The translations under genes and the position numbers were made by a program. This document shows, one piece after another, positions 1 through 11,166 of a DNA stretch of 21,176 nucleotides; within the stretch, counting starts at the first letter, position 1; each line of letters begins with the position of its first letter. The DNA comes from Octopus sinensis. Its lineage: Eukaryota. Under the pieces are notes generated by a model, which saw only the letters and a program-made list of their open reading frames with translations, had not been told where the DNA came from and made no database searches. Location: contig NW_021823800.1 of NCBI RefSeq assembly GCF_006345805.1, positions 1-21,176 on the forward strand, written 5' to 3'.

Positions 1-134
1 AAGTCTGGATAAATATATTTTGAGGAGAATTGAAATAATGTTGGAAAATAAGAAACAAATTAATCTGAATAATACACACGCAGGCACGCTTGCTTTTGTG
101 TGTGTGTGTGTGTGAACGTGTGTATATACCAATT

Positions 135-759
135 GGAAAGATTTTATAGAAAATAAGCAAAACTAGGGACAAATAAAAAGAGAAGTAGAGCAAAGAAAGC
201 CCTTGCTAAACATAGAAACTGTGTCGTCCCTCAGTTGCTTAACTTCACATCTGAGAAGTCATCTTCATGAAACTGGCTGTAAGATCATTCTAGCAAACAT
301 GCTCATGTGTCATATTCTTTTCTACTCTAGGCACAAGGCCCGAAATTTTGGGGGACGGGTCTAGTCGATTAGATCGACCCCAGTATGCAACTGGTACTTA
401 ATTTATCGACCCCGAAAGAATGAAAGGCAAAGTCGACCTCGGCATTATTTGAACTCAGAACGTAAAGACGAAATACCCCTAAGCATTTCGCCTGGTGTGC
501 TAACGTTTCTGCCAGCTCACCGCCTTTCATGTGTCATATTTGTAATAAGACATTTAAGTCCTGCCTTGGTCTAAAAAGGCATTTAAATATCCATAAATCA
601 GACAAGACAAACAACACTGTACCACTTGATGTGAAACTTATTTGCATTGTTTGTGATGCAAATTTCAAACAGTTTTGGGGATTAAAAAGCCACTTAGGGG
701 TCGATAAAGAAAGTACCAGTGAGGCAGCAGGTGTCAATGAAGTTGACCTACCCCACTAA
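135..759 (+). mobile_element. Degenerate 3' end of a LINE ORF2 (RTE-like) with C-terminal C2H2-type zinc fingers, interrupted by a SINE
   Basis: Removing the SINE at 317-526 and one TSD copy gives a continuous frame: ...KREVEQRK...SSLSCLTSHLRSH...MCHICNKTFKSCLGLKRHLNIH...CIVCDANFKQFWGLKSHLGVD. The 'GLxSHxRxH' style fingers after a basic KR-rich patch resemble the RTE-clade ORF2 tail. Confidence 0.6.
317..526 (-). mobile_element. tRNA-derived SINE (family A) with a 14-bp target-site duplication
   Basis: The reverse complement starts ggcggtgagctggcagaaacgttagc (tRNA-like head) and carries gtcgactttgcctttcat...ggggtcgataaattaagtaccag (Meta/Sauria-like central domain). The exact TSD tcatgtgtcatatt is at 303-316 and 527-540. 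Confidence 0.85.
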
Positions 760-787
760 AATATATATAAATATACATATATATATA

Positions 788-1179
788 CCGTGAGGTATAT
801 TTGCCACCTAAATGTGGCTAACCCTTAAGGGTTGATGCTACTGTAGCTTGTAGCCCCAGGACGACATTTCCTCTAGCTGGCTATTGACACACATTCTGTC
901 CCCTATCAGTATTTGCAAAGGGAAGCCATCGTTCCCTTCTCCAGTGTGACATTATACACATGGACCGGAGTTTCTGGACAGGTCAATGCCCAGAAACTCG
1001 GGTCCGTGTGTATCACGTCAGGTTGAAGATGGGAAGGACGGCTTCCCTTTGCAAATACTGATAGGGCACAGAAAGTGTGTCAATAGCCAGCTGGAGGAGA
1101 TGTCTTCCTGGGGCTACAAGCTACAGTAGCATCAACCCTTAAGGGTTAGCCATATTTAGGTGGCAAATATACTTCACAA
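788..1179. mobile_element. Fold-back (palindromic) MITE-like element
   Basis: Arms 790-977 and 990-1177 are inverted copies around a 12-nt loop, with about 7 mismatches in the outer 138 bp. The left end reads TA|CCGTG, like Tc1/mariner termini. Confidence 0.8.
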
Positions 1180-1220
1180 TGTTGTGCAGTTGCAGTTCAT
1201 ACCTCGCTCATACATTTATG

Positions 1221-1300
1221 ATATATATATATAAATATAAAGAGAGAGAGAGAGAGGGGAGTGAAAGAGAGACAGACAGAAGGAGAGAAGGACAGAAAGA
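1221..1300. repeat. (TA)n / (GA)n microsatellite
   Basis: Direct reading of the sequence. Confidence 0.9.
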
Positions 1301-1644
1301 GACTATTAGCTAGATGGATGTGTAGGCAAGGGCGTGTGTGCAATACAGTGGTGTTGGCAGTTGAGGTGAAAGAGATAATGGCAAGGAGTCATTGTTTCCT
1401 GTGATATTGCAATCTCTTATTTCTTTGGCAAATCTCAAAGTTGAAGAGAATTTCACAATAAATGATGGCAGGTGGCAGGGAGGAGGGTCTGCAAACAGGA
1501 TAAGAGCTGATAGGGGTGCAATATCACAGAAGATATAAAGAGGAGGGGGGTAGGTAAGGGGCCGTTAATGGGTGTACGGTGTGTGTATACAAGAGCAACA
1601 GCTATGATAACTGTGTATGTGTGTGTGTAGTATCACTTTGTAAA

Positions 1645-1920
1645 GCCACATGGTTCTGGGTTCAGTCCCATCGCATGGCACCTTGGGCAATTGCCATCGA
1701 CTACAGCCACACGCTGAGAAAAGCCTTCTGAGAGGATATGGTAAACGGAAACTGAAAGAAGCCCATCATCTCCAAGTGTGTGTTTGTCTCTCCCCTCCCA
1801 CTGCTTGACAACCAGTGTTGGTGTGTTCATGTTCCTGTAACTTAGCGACTTGGCAAAACGAGATCGACAGAATAGGTTCTTGTATTAAAACATAGAAAGT
1901 ACAGGAGTTGATTCGTTTGA
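1645..1920 (+). mobile_element. tRNA-derived SINE (family B), degenerate
   Basis: Shares ccacatggttctgggttcagtccc, caccttgggcaa (CORE-like), acggaaactgaaagaagccc and gcttgacaacc...ggtgtgtt with the copies at 6415, 7757 and 10138. Confidence 0.85.
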
Positions 1921-2029
1921 CTGCCTTTAGCCATCCCACTGATATTGATGCAAGGGATGTGAACGAGGTCAACCCTCAGCATATTATCTCTACCATAACT
2001 GTCTCAGACACTGAAGCAGCAAAGAAGAC

Positions 2030-2235
2030 CAAACTGAACACGTGCAGTTTGCAAAAGAGAATGCCCTCAGCCGACCATATTCTCTTCCATCAGAGGAACG
2101 ACTCACAGCATCCAAAAGTAGAGACTTAGGAGTAGCTGTTGGAAACAGTCTCGACTGGAGTGTTCTCATCAACACTAAAGTCAATATGGTTCACAGAATG
2201 AGCTCCTCGATCCTTAGAACCTGCCAGTCCAAGGT
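2030..2235 (+). mobile_element. CR1/L2-like LINE reverse transcriptase C-terminal fragment
   Basis: Translates to RPYSLPSEE...RDLGVAVGNSLDWSVLINTKVNMVHRMSSSILRT, matching the 'DLGV...L.W..HI...V.KA.RM...ILR' motif after the RT core of CR1-group LINEs. Confidence 0.65.
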
Positions 2236-2244
2236 GCCAAAATG

Positions 2245-3212
2245 TCATCAGACCATTTCCTCCACTCTGTCCACCTTACATGACCCAGCGCGAGCAGTTA
2301 TCTATCTTGTACACCACATCCGAGTCTCCATTTTTCTCAGCACATTTCTTTGTCCTAAAAGCACCCTGGTATTGCACATCCAGTGGAGCATGCTAGTTTC
2401 TTCTCTTTCTATATCTTCTGCATTCAACGCCTAACTTTCACAACTGTGTAGCTTTGCTGTTTGTATATAGGCATCGTACAACCTACCTTTCACTCTGAGA
2501 GAAAAGTCTTTCATTACCAACTTACATAAAAGTTCTCTAAGCTTTCTCCACTCACATCTTATTCCAGTAACTATCCTTTCAGTCTATCCTCCTCCACTGT
2601 TAATTAGCTCACCTAGATAACAGAATCTGCCTACTATTTCTAGGGAGCCTCCTAGGTATTCCACAACATCTATTTCCCATGTTCTCTTATTACATATTGC
2701 TCCTGCACATCTGCCACAAACAACTTCTGTTCTCTCTCTTTACATTCCTCTCATACCACTATACCTCTTATGCGTCCATGGTTTGCACTGAGGACATTGT
2801 AAGCAATTTCTGCCTACACCTTGTCTATACATGGAACAGGGTCATTTATCCAAACGGATTACTGCCCTATTTTTCTGCTAACTTGAACTTGGGTCTTTGC
2901 CAACTTAACTTTAAGACCCTTTCATTCCTGGTTTTGTTTTCACATTTGGAATTCTCAAATTAATTCTCCTAAGTTTCAGCTGTAAGAACAAGATCTTCAT
3001 CATAGAGGAGTTCCCATGGGTAACCAGTCTTAAATTCCTCCGTTATGGCCTTGACGACTATGTAAAATAAGAGAGGTCTCATGACTGACCCATGATTGAA
3101 CTCCCACTCGCACACTAAATTCATCTCGCTGGACTCATTGTTAACTGTCTTCTTCATTAACTGGGCTACGGCTCTTGCAGGGACATTTATAACCTGGTCC
3201 AGTAATCTAATA
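2245..3212 (-). mobile_element. RTE-clade LINE fragment (RT core to C-terminus), internally deleted and degenerate
   Basis: The minus strand gives LLDQVINVPARAVAQL...HGSVMRPLLFYIVVKAITEEFKTGYPWELLYDEDLVLTAE (RT motifs QGSVLSPLLF and YADD). A Cys-rich segment and an 'MLHWMCN...CGVQ' segment follow, with many stops. Confidence 0.85.
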
Positions 3213-3311
3213 CACACAAGTAGACACATACATACGTATATTTGTACATATGCCTATACATACATACATGCATACATAGATACATATATACATATATATA
3301 TGTTTACATAT

Positions 3312-3615
3312 CACGTGATCACGTGACCAACCAGACCATCAGATGTTGTTACACATCGCTGGTCACAATGCGTTTGCATTGTTTTAGCCTTCGAATGATG
3401 CCACCCCGCTGGCTAAGCGAGCAGGCCAACAGAAGAAAGAGTGGGAGAAAGAGTGGTGAAAGAGTACAGCAGGGATCACCACCCCCTGCTGGAGCCTCGG
3501 GGAGCTTTTAGGTGTTTTCGCTCGATAAACACACATAACGCCCGGTCTGGGAATCGAAACCGCGATCCTGCGACCGCGAGTCCGCTGCCCTAACCACTGG
3601 GCCATTGCGCCTCCA
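3312..3615 (-). mobile_element. tRNA-derived SINE (family C), well preserved
   Basis: The reverse complement starts ggcgcaatggcccagtggttagggcagcggactcgc...ggtttcgattcccagaccgggcg (A and B boxes) and ends in a tcacgtga tandem tail. It is CpG-rich relative to its flanks. Confidence 0.85.
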
Positions 3616-3639
3616 CATGTTTACATATATACGTGCCAA

Positions 3640-5005
3640 ATCTGCAGCTGGTGCAAAGTCCCATCCAGACCTAGGGTTACATGGCAGAGGAACAATGCTG
3701 TTGACAAGGCCATTAGAGCAAAGAAGATTGGGGGTAGGAGGATACTGTATCAGATAACCAGAAGGAAAGCTAGGGGACAGGTCTATCTAGCCAAGAGAGA
3801 AGCAGAAAAGAAGTTTGCCTATGTTTAGCGACATGAGAACCAGAGTCTTGAAGTGTTTTGGAATGCAAGACAGTGTATGAGAGAGATTTGTGATGTCATA
3901 GGAGAGAAATGTGTCCACATGGATGATGGTTCACTAGCATTTAATGATTTGGCAAGGAAAGAGGCTTAGAAATTCCATTATGAAAGACTGCTGGACGTAG
4001 AGAATGAATGGGAGGAGAGTCTGCCAAATGTTGACCCAAGTGAGGGACCAGCTATCAAAAGTGACAGTATCTTGATAGATAAAGCAATTAAGAATATGTA
4101 AACAGGGAAAGGCCCCAGCCCATCAGGAATCACTGCTGAGATCCTTAAAATATCTTGGCGTGTGTGGGTAATGGTCTACTCACTCATATCAAGTTGTTCA
4201 CGAAGGAGTCATACCCAATGACTGGTGTAGCAGCACCATAGTGAACTGCTACAAATGGGAGGTGATGCTTTAGATAGGAATAATTGCAGAGGTATCAAAT
4301 GTTGAATCAAATGATGAAAGTTGCAGAGAGGGTCCTAACCAAACTAATTAGGGAGAGAGTTAGTCTAGAAGAGATGCACTTTGGTTTTGTGGTGCCAGGG
4401 AGAAGCACCACTGATGCTATATTTCTGGAAGGGCAGCTTCAGGAGTGTTAGCATCTAAATCTGTCCAATAGAATATTCTAGAGAGTTCTACAACTATTCA
4501 TTCGATTCTATTGGACAGATTTAGATGCTAGTGATCTCCACAACAAAGAGAAATATGTAAACAAAAATAAACCTCTGTACTTGGCTTTTGTTGACTTGGA
4601 GAAAGCATTTGACAGGGGCCCCCGATCCCTTATCTGGTCGTCAATGCTGAAACTAGGGTTAGAAGAGTTGTTGGTGGGCCGTTCAAGCAGTGTACAGGGA
4701 CGCAATCAGCAAGGTGATCGTTGGCAAGGAGTACAGTGAAGAATTCAGGGTATAAGTAGGTATTCACCAAGGATCGGTTCCCAGCACCCTCTTGTTCATC
4801 ATAGTTCTCCAGGCAATAACAGAGGAATGTATGACAGACTGCGCCTGGGAGCTCCTCTAAGCTGATGTCTTTGCTATAATAGATGAATCACTTCCAGAAC
4901 TAGAGAAAAAGTTTCAGGTATGGAAGCAAGGTCTAGAATAGAAGGGCCTTAGAGTTAACCTACCAAAATCTTAGTAAATAGAAGTCAGACAAATCACGAA
5001 TCCTT
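3640..5005 (+). mobile_element. RTE-clade LINE ORF2 fragment (pre-RT region and RT domain), degenerate
   Basis: Frame-hopping translation gives GPSPSGITAEILK, EMHFGFVVPGRSTTDAIFL, KPLYLAFVDLEKAFDR and HQGSVPSTLLFIIVLQAITEE...WELL*ADV, with multiple stops and frameshifts. Confidence 0.9.
4449..4530. mobile_element. Small MITE-like hairpin inserted in the RTE fragment
   Basis: Perfect 26-bp inverted repeat (4449-4474 / 4505-4530), equivalent to 24-bp TIRs flanked by TA, with a 30-nt spacer. It interrupts the RT between 'QLQE' and 'EKY...KPLYLAF'. Confidence 0.75.
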
Positions 5006-5029
5006 CACGTACATGCATATATATATCTG

Positions 5030-5368
5030 AGAGACCCCTTCAGTCCACGACACTGACCATGGGATTGCACCTAGAAAGCTACCCTCCCAGGCACAAGTCC
5101 GGCAAGGTTGTTTATGGAAGACCAGCAGTCGCCCATGCATACCAGCCTCCCCACTCTACACCACCAGTGTTATCCAAGGGAAAGGCAAAGGGGCCGATAC
5201 AGCTTGCCACCTGTGACACTGCAACTCATTTCTAAGGCTGAGTGAACTGGAGCAACGTGAAATAAAGTGTCTTGCTCAAGAACACAACATGAAGCCCAGT
5301 CCGGGATTCGAGCTCACAACCTCACGATTGTAAGCTGAACACTCTAATCACTGAGCTATGCACCTTCA
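5030..5368 (-). mobile_element. tRNA-derived SINE (family D)
   Basis: The reverse complement starts gaaggtgcatagctcagtgattagagtg...gagctcgaatcccgg (A/B boxes), followed by CORE-like gtgttcttgagcaagacacttt. Its 3' part recurs at 6193-6335. Confidence 0.8.
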
Positions 5369-5401
5369 CATATATACACACATACATCTATCTATATATG
5401 A

Positions 5402-5447
<46 letters not shown>

Positions 5448-5580
5448 TGTGTTGTGTGTGGGTGTGTGTGTGTGTGTGTATATACCCACACACATGCACA
5501 TATATATCTATCTATAAATACACATATATATACCCACATATATGCATTCACATGTACACACACGTACATACACATACAGT
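5369..5580. repeat. Compound (TA)n, (TG)n, (CA)n microsatellite
   Basis: Direct reading; about 20 perfect TA units at 5405-5443. Confidence 0.9.
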
Positions 5581-6056
5581 TTTCTTGCACGTGTTTATCA
5601 GTCACCTCTCCACGTGACACACACCACTTTAAATACCACTTCAGATATTGAAGTATATTCTTTGGAATGACTTTGTTCCCATTATGTCCTGTGTTAAGCA
5701 GTGACAATGGGGCCATCCATGCCCACCCTCGCCAACTCACTCTCTAAGCAACCTTACAACACACGAGGAATGTTACCAACACATGACATAATCTCCAGAT
5801 AAACTGCTCTTCTCTCTTTGTTGTTTTTAGCAGATTAGATTAACAATGTTGACCAAAGTCTTCTCTTATCAGCAAAACAGAACATACACTCTCAGCTAAT
5901 GTACGTGGTAAATCAACAGACAAGAAATAGCAGCCAATTTTGCTGTTAATCACACCCTTGTCTTATATCATAAGACCCCTTAGATAGTGCAGTTGAAAAT
6001 AGATGTAAAATTTTGGGATGGTCATGGATGGAATGCTTTTGATCATGAATCCTAAT

Positions 6057-6180
6057 CAGAGAGAGAAAGAACGAGAGAGAAAGAGAGAGAGAGTGAGTGA
6101 GTGAGGGAGGGAGAGAAAGAGAGAGAGAAAGAGGGAGAGAGTGAGAGAGAGAGAGAGAAAGGGGGGAGAGAAAGAGGGTA
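6057..6180. repeat. (GA)n-rich microsatellite
   Basis: Direct reading. Confidence 0.9.
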
Positions 6181-6192
6181 AAAGTATAAAGG

Positions 6193-6332
6193 CTCCCTTC
6201 GGTCATGAATGACCATGGGATTGCACTTAGAAAGTTCCCTTCTGAGGTACAAGTCCAGCAGTTGCCCATGCATTCCAGCCTCTGCTCTCCATGTCACCAA
6301 TGTTGTCCATGGGAAAGGCAAAGGACGATACA

Positions 6333-6335
<3 letters not shown>
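6193..6335 (-). mobile_element. 5'-truncated copy of SINE family D
   Basis: gaccatgggattgcac.tagaaag..ccc and gggaaaggcaaagg.cgatacagc match 5030-5200. Confidence 0.75.
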
Positions 6336-6371
<36 letters not shown>

Positions 6372-6414
6372 ATATATATATACATATAGATATGTGTGTG
6401 TGAGAGAGTACTTA

Positions 6415-6680
6415 GGTGCAGACGTGGGTTGGTGGTAAGAAGTCTGCTTCCCAGCCACATGGTTCTGGTTTCAGTCCCACAGTGTGCCACCATGGGCAAG
6501 TGTCTTCTACTACAGTCTCACGCCCACCAAAGTTTTGTGAGAGGATTTTGTAGATGGAAACTGAAAGAAGCCCATCATATGTAAACATACATCTAAATGC
6601 ATAGATCTTTGTGGGTATTTCTTCCCCACAATCGCTTGACAACTGGTGTGTGTTTACATTCCTGTAACCCAGTGGTTCAT
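6415..6680 (+). mobile_element. SINE family B copy
   Basis: ggtgcagacgtgggttggtggtaagaag...ccacatggttctggtttcagtccc...gatggaaactgaaagaagccc...cgcttgacaactggtgtg. Confidence 0.8.
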
Positions 6681-7709
6681 CAAAAAAAATCAATAAAATA
6701 AATATCAAGATTTTTTTTTTAAATGAGGTCAATTCATGTGTTTAAAACGTTTCAAGGCAGTGCCCCAGCATGGGCACAATATAGATAGATACATACATAT
6801 AAATATAAATCAGAAATGGAAAAACAAAACAATAAATTGAACAATGTATGCATGTATATGTAATTTATACACATATATAGATACCCCCACCCACCCCATC
6901 AGTGGTCTACTACCCCTTCTACCACTCCCCTCTCCAATCACATACCCCTATTCATCTCCATTTCTGCCCCTCTCCTCTTCTCTCATATTGATGTGACTAA
7001 CGATAGCACTGGATCTTTCCGATGGCTCCCTACATCAATTCCATTGTAACAAGAGAGCCAAGAGACAATATCACCCCCACCCAACACCCCTCTCATGCAC
7101 ATAACTCTTCTGCTATTGTTTGGGGTCCACATATAAGGGAGCTCATCAGATGTACATGTACCCCATACACTCGCTCCCACCAATGTCATTTGATATTGAC
7201 ATCAACATTCACTCTCATCATTTATTGAGATGCCTATATCTCGCTCTTTCTCACTTCTAATCCCCTCCTGCTGGATCCAGAACAAGAAGGCACCAAGGAC
7301 ACTGTAAGACAGTTGATGTTAGGAAGGACAACATACCATAGAAACGAAACCCAAAATAAATATTAAAGGCTAAATGACATCCTGAGACCCATCTGGGAGA
7401 GAACCGCTGACCCTCCAATCCATAAAATGGACACACGCACACATATGAACTAATAAAATGATGAAGATGGAGAGCCCCTTCCAATGTGGAAAGGGTCAGT
7501 TAAGTAATTTACATATTTCCGAAATATAAAAAGATGACTTTTGCCTTTCTACATTGTAAGAAGCTGTCAGTCTCCAATGACAAGGCTTCTAGCAAACCAC
7601 AAGGCTCTTCAGTACAGTGTGTGGTGTGGTGTGTGTGTGTGACTATCTATGTATATGTAAGTGTGCACACACACACACACACGTCTGCATATATAGTTTT
7701 TGTATTATG

Positions 7710-7756
<47 letters not shown>

Positions 7757-7757
<1 letters not shown>

Positions 7758-7912
7758 CAGGGGTGCCTTTGTAGTAGAAGCTTGCTTCCCAACCACACGG
7801 TTGTGGGTTCAGTCCCATTGCATGGCACCTTGGGCAAGTGTCTTTGGGCCGAGCAAAGACTTGTGAGTGGATTTAGTAGATGGAAACTGAAAGAAGCCCA
7901 TCGTATATGTAT
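7757..7912 (+). mobile_element. SINE family B, 5' half
   Basis: ccacacggttgtgggttcagtccc...caccttgggcaagtgtctt...gatggaaactgaaagaagccc. Confidence 0.8.
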
Positions 7913-8399
7913 ACATATATATAAATAGTTTCTCAGTGTATTTGCTTTGTATGTTGTAATTAGTAATACTGTTAATTATAGCAGTTGCTTAATCACTAGA
8001 CTGGAGGCAGATACTATACACACACACACACATACTAAATATATTATATATATATGTGTATGTATTATATTTATGTATATATGTAAATACGCATCTATCT
8101 ATGCACACAGAAAAATAATTGTATGTACATTTATATGTGTGTGTGTGTGTGTGTGTGTGTTTGCAAGTATTTATCTCTTTTTCCCTGTAGTGGGAACCTA
8201 GCACACACACACATCCATATATACGAGTAATATTATATATATATATATAGACATAATATAGAGACACACATGTAGGACATGTCTAGGCTTATCATTTGTC
8301 TACGTGATCAAATACATAACAGCTTGTGTGCAAATTTCACACTACACACCCACACACACGAGGCGTTAACGCCCACTTCCTTCCTGCTATTTATAAATA

Positions 8400-9350
8400 A
8401 GCCTCATCAGTAGGGATTATCACATTTTTGCCCGTTCTTCAACTGAACTCACAGACAGAAAGACTTCAGGCTGAAATTCAAACGCAATTATTGACTCAAG
8501 TAAGTACTTTTATGATAATTATCTTCATTAACAACTTCATTAACACATTTACAGTGTGAAATATTCCTTACAACTATTTCAAACATAATTATGCTGTTAT
8601 GTTGAAATTGTTTTATTTTCAGGCAGTATTTTTCATACTAGAATCTGTTCAAACATTTCACAGAGTTACATATAAGCAAAACATTTCATTTCCGAATATA
8701 ATATAAAGAATAGTTTGGTTATGACAAGGTCAAAACTATTTGATGGAAAATAAGGAAATGGAAATGTTCATCTAAGGATACAGCATTTTAAGTTGTTTCC
8801 AGTAGATTTCTAATTCTCAAGTGAAATTTAAATTTGTAAATCAATTTTATGGATGTTAAATTGTTTTTAGTAAATTTAATGTTTTTCAAAGTTTAGTCAA
8901 GGGAGAAGGGCCTTGCCGATGGCCTTTATATTTCCAGGGTCTTCAAGAGTGGGGAATGGAAGAAAGACATTCTCAAATCAAGAGACCTAATATACATCAG
9001 AGAAATCCTCTTTTAGGGGCATTTTTGGGGGACTTTGTTGTTGGTTTGTAATAGAGTTTATATTAAATGCAGACAATGTGAAATAATTCGCAGAAGCCAT
9101 CCATCTGATAGATAATATTGAAGATGGTGAGAAAACATATTTAATGCATTGCACATTAAAATGTTGATGTAGGATAAAGATGTGCTGAGAGAGAAAATAT
9201 ATGTTGTCACCAAATTGTTTAATATTTAAACAATTCTTCTTGTTTGCTTCAAGATATAAAATAGAAATGAAATCACCAGAACAATTCCATTTATATACAA
9301 AGTTTAATATTAAAATCAAAAAATCAGACTAAATGGTGGTGGTCGTGGTG
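8400..9350 (+). other. Candidate upstream exons (about 8410-8499, 8623-8729, 8897-9350)
   Basis: Strong donor caa|GTAAGT at 8500 and acceptor ttttattttcAG| at 8622 join in phase 0 (...QTERLQAEIQTQLLTQ|AVFFILESVQTFHRVTYKQNISF). A further acceptor gtttAG at 8896 opens SREKGLADGLYISRVFKSGEWKKDILKSRDLIYIREIL. The frames are interrupted and no homology was recognised. Confidence 0.35.
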
Positions 9351-9932
9351 AAGTAAAGATTTCAAGTTATATATGTAATGTGTGGCTGATGTGTTTTACT
9401 CCTTTAGTTATTGAACCACGGCCATGCTGGAGCATTGCCTTTATGTATTTAACTGATCGTATTAGCACCAACATTTCTTTTAAAGTCCGGTAAATATTTT
9501 AACCGAATCTATTTGTGGATCAGCTAAATTAGGAAATGGAGTTGATATTTTAATTAAACAGCAAGTACTAATGATTAAATGATGGAAAGAATATATATAT
9601 ATAAAGTGAGAGAGAGAGAGATACACACTTGTATACATACATATATACACACACTCTTCACGTTTGTGCTAAATTCCTCCAACCATTTTATAAACTAAAA
9701 AATGTGTCCAGGATTTCAAATACTTTACAAGAAGAGAAAGTTTATATTTTTTTGAACAATTTCAAAAATATTTGATGAATTCTAAAGAAAGAAAATGTAA
9801 ATTATATTTAATGACAAAAAGTTTTAGATTTTATTTTCATGGAAAATTCAAAGTTTATAAATCAATTTTACAGCAATATAAGCTAACAAATCAAATAGGT
9901 ACGTAATTGTGTCTTTATTTTTGTCCCACCAA

Positions 9933-10112
9933 CAGTGCTTGACAACCGATGTTGGTGTGTTTACATCCCTGTAACTTAGTTATTCAGCAAAAGACACCAA
10001 TAGAATAAGTACTAGGCTTACAAAGAATAAGTCCTGGGGTCGATTTCCTCGACTAAAGGTGGTGCTCCAGTATGGTCACAGTCAAATGACTGAAACAAGT
10101 ATAAGAATAAAA
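9933..10112 (+). mobile_element. SINE family B, 3' half
   Basis: Nearly collinear with 10355-10520 (gcttgacaaccgatg...agaataagtact.ggctta...gactaaagg.ggtgctccag...gtcaaatgactgaaacaagt). Confidence 0.85.
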
Positions 10113-10137
10113 GAATATATATATATATATACATACA

Positions 10138-10520
10138 GGCGCAGGAGTGGCTGTGTGGTAAGTAGCTTGCTAACCAAACCCATGGTTCCGGGTTTAGTCC
10201 CACTGCGTGGCATCTTGGGCAAGTGTCTTCTGCTATAGCCCCGGGCCGACCAATGCCTGTGAGTGGATTGGTAGACGGAAACTGAAAGAGCCTGTCGTAT
10301 ATATGTATATATATATATGTGTGTGTTTGAGTGTCTGTGTTGTCCTCCTAGCATTGCTTGACAACCGATGCTGGTGTGTTTACGTCCCCGTCACTAGTGG
10401 TTCGGCAAAAAGAGACCGATAGAATAAGTACTGGGCTTACAAGAATAAGTCCGGGGTCGATTTGCTCGACTAAAGGCGGTGCTCCAGCATGGCCACAGTC
10501 AAATGACTGAAACAAGTAAA
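10138..10520 (+). mobile_element. SINE family B, full-length, best-preserved copy
   Basis: tRNA-like head ggcgcaggagtggctgtgtggtaag...ggttccgggtttagtccc, CORE-like cttgggcaagtgtctt, internal TA/TG microsatellite and an A-rich tail. Confidence 0.9.
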
Positions 10521-10844
10521 ACAAAAAAAAATAAAAATAAATATGCCATGCCCCTATCACCCCTACCTCTATCTTTCATCTCTCAATCACTCTCTCTTCT
10601 TCTTTTACTCTACTATCTTACTGCTGTGACAAAGATTGGCAGTAAATCTCTTCTCTTCACCATTCTTCCAATGAAACTAGGGATGTACTTGGACCTACCT
10701 GGGTCTCTCCCCAACACTCAGCCACTCCTTTGCATATATTTATTACCCTAGATCTCTCACACATCCCAAGGTATATGTCACACCCAGAGATTGAGGGGAA
10801 CTTTAGTTTTGTCAAGGACATGGCGATTGTCTCTAGTGACGGTG

Positions 10845-10998
10845 CCATAAGATGCACCCAGTGCACATCGTGCAGTGGTGGTGTCAGGAAGAGCATCCAG
10901 CTGTAGAAAGAAAACCAGAAAATGTAACTTCAGGCAAGATATTCTCTGAACCATCCAACCCATTCCAGCATGGAAAGTGGGGGTAAATGATGATCATC
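10845..10998 (+). mobile_element. SINE/RTE-type 3' tail fragment
   Basis: gtcaggaagagcatccagctgtagaaa...ccatccaacccattccagcatggaa...aaatgatgatcatcat, ending in a short (gat/cat) tail. A related remnant lies near 7285-7350. Confidence 0.55.
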
Positions 10999-11166
10999 AT
11001 ACATACATACAGACGTATGGATGTATAAATATACATATGTGCATCCTTGTGTATATATACACATTCATTCTATCATATATACATATATATGTATGTATAT
11101 CCTGAAGAAGGTCTCTTATTTTTCATTCCTCCTGGGGTCAATAGAGTAACAGTCATTATTTCATAG

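Noticed and set aside
529-759. Stand-alone C2H2 zinc-finger gene
   Set aside because: The ATG is within a SINE TSD, there are no TGEKP-type linkers, the second finger lacks its last His, and the context fits a LINE tail.
6880-7270. Penelope-like or coding sequence in pyrimidine-rich tracts (also 1330-1580 and 10550-10800)
   Set aside because: No convincing motif was found; these are probably old unclassified repeats.
5358-8267. ORFs rich in YI/HT/CV/SL dipeptides (also at 3096-3511, 18273-18774 and 19707-21005)
   Set aside because: They are translations of microsatellites and SINEs.
8897-9016. PDZ-like motif (GLYISRVFKSG...KD.LKS.DLI)
   Set aside because: The resemblance is short and lacks the GLGF loop and the downstream helix, so it cannot be supported without a profile search.
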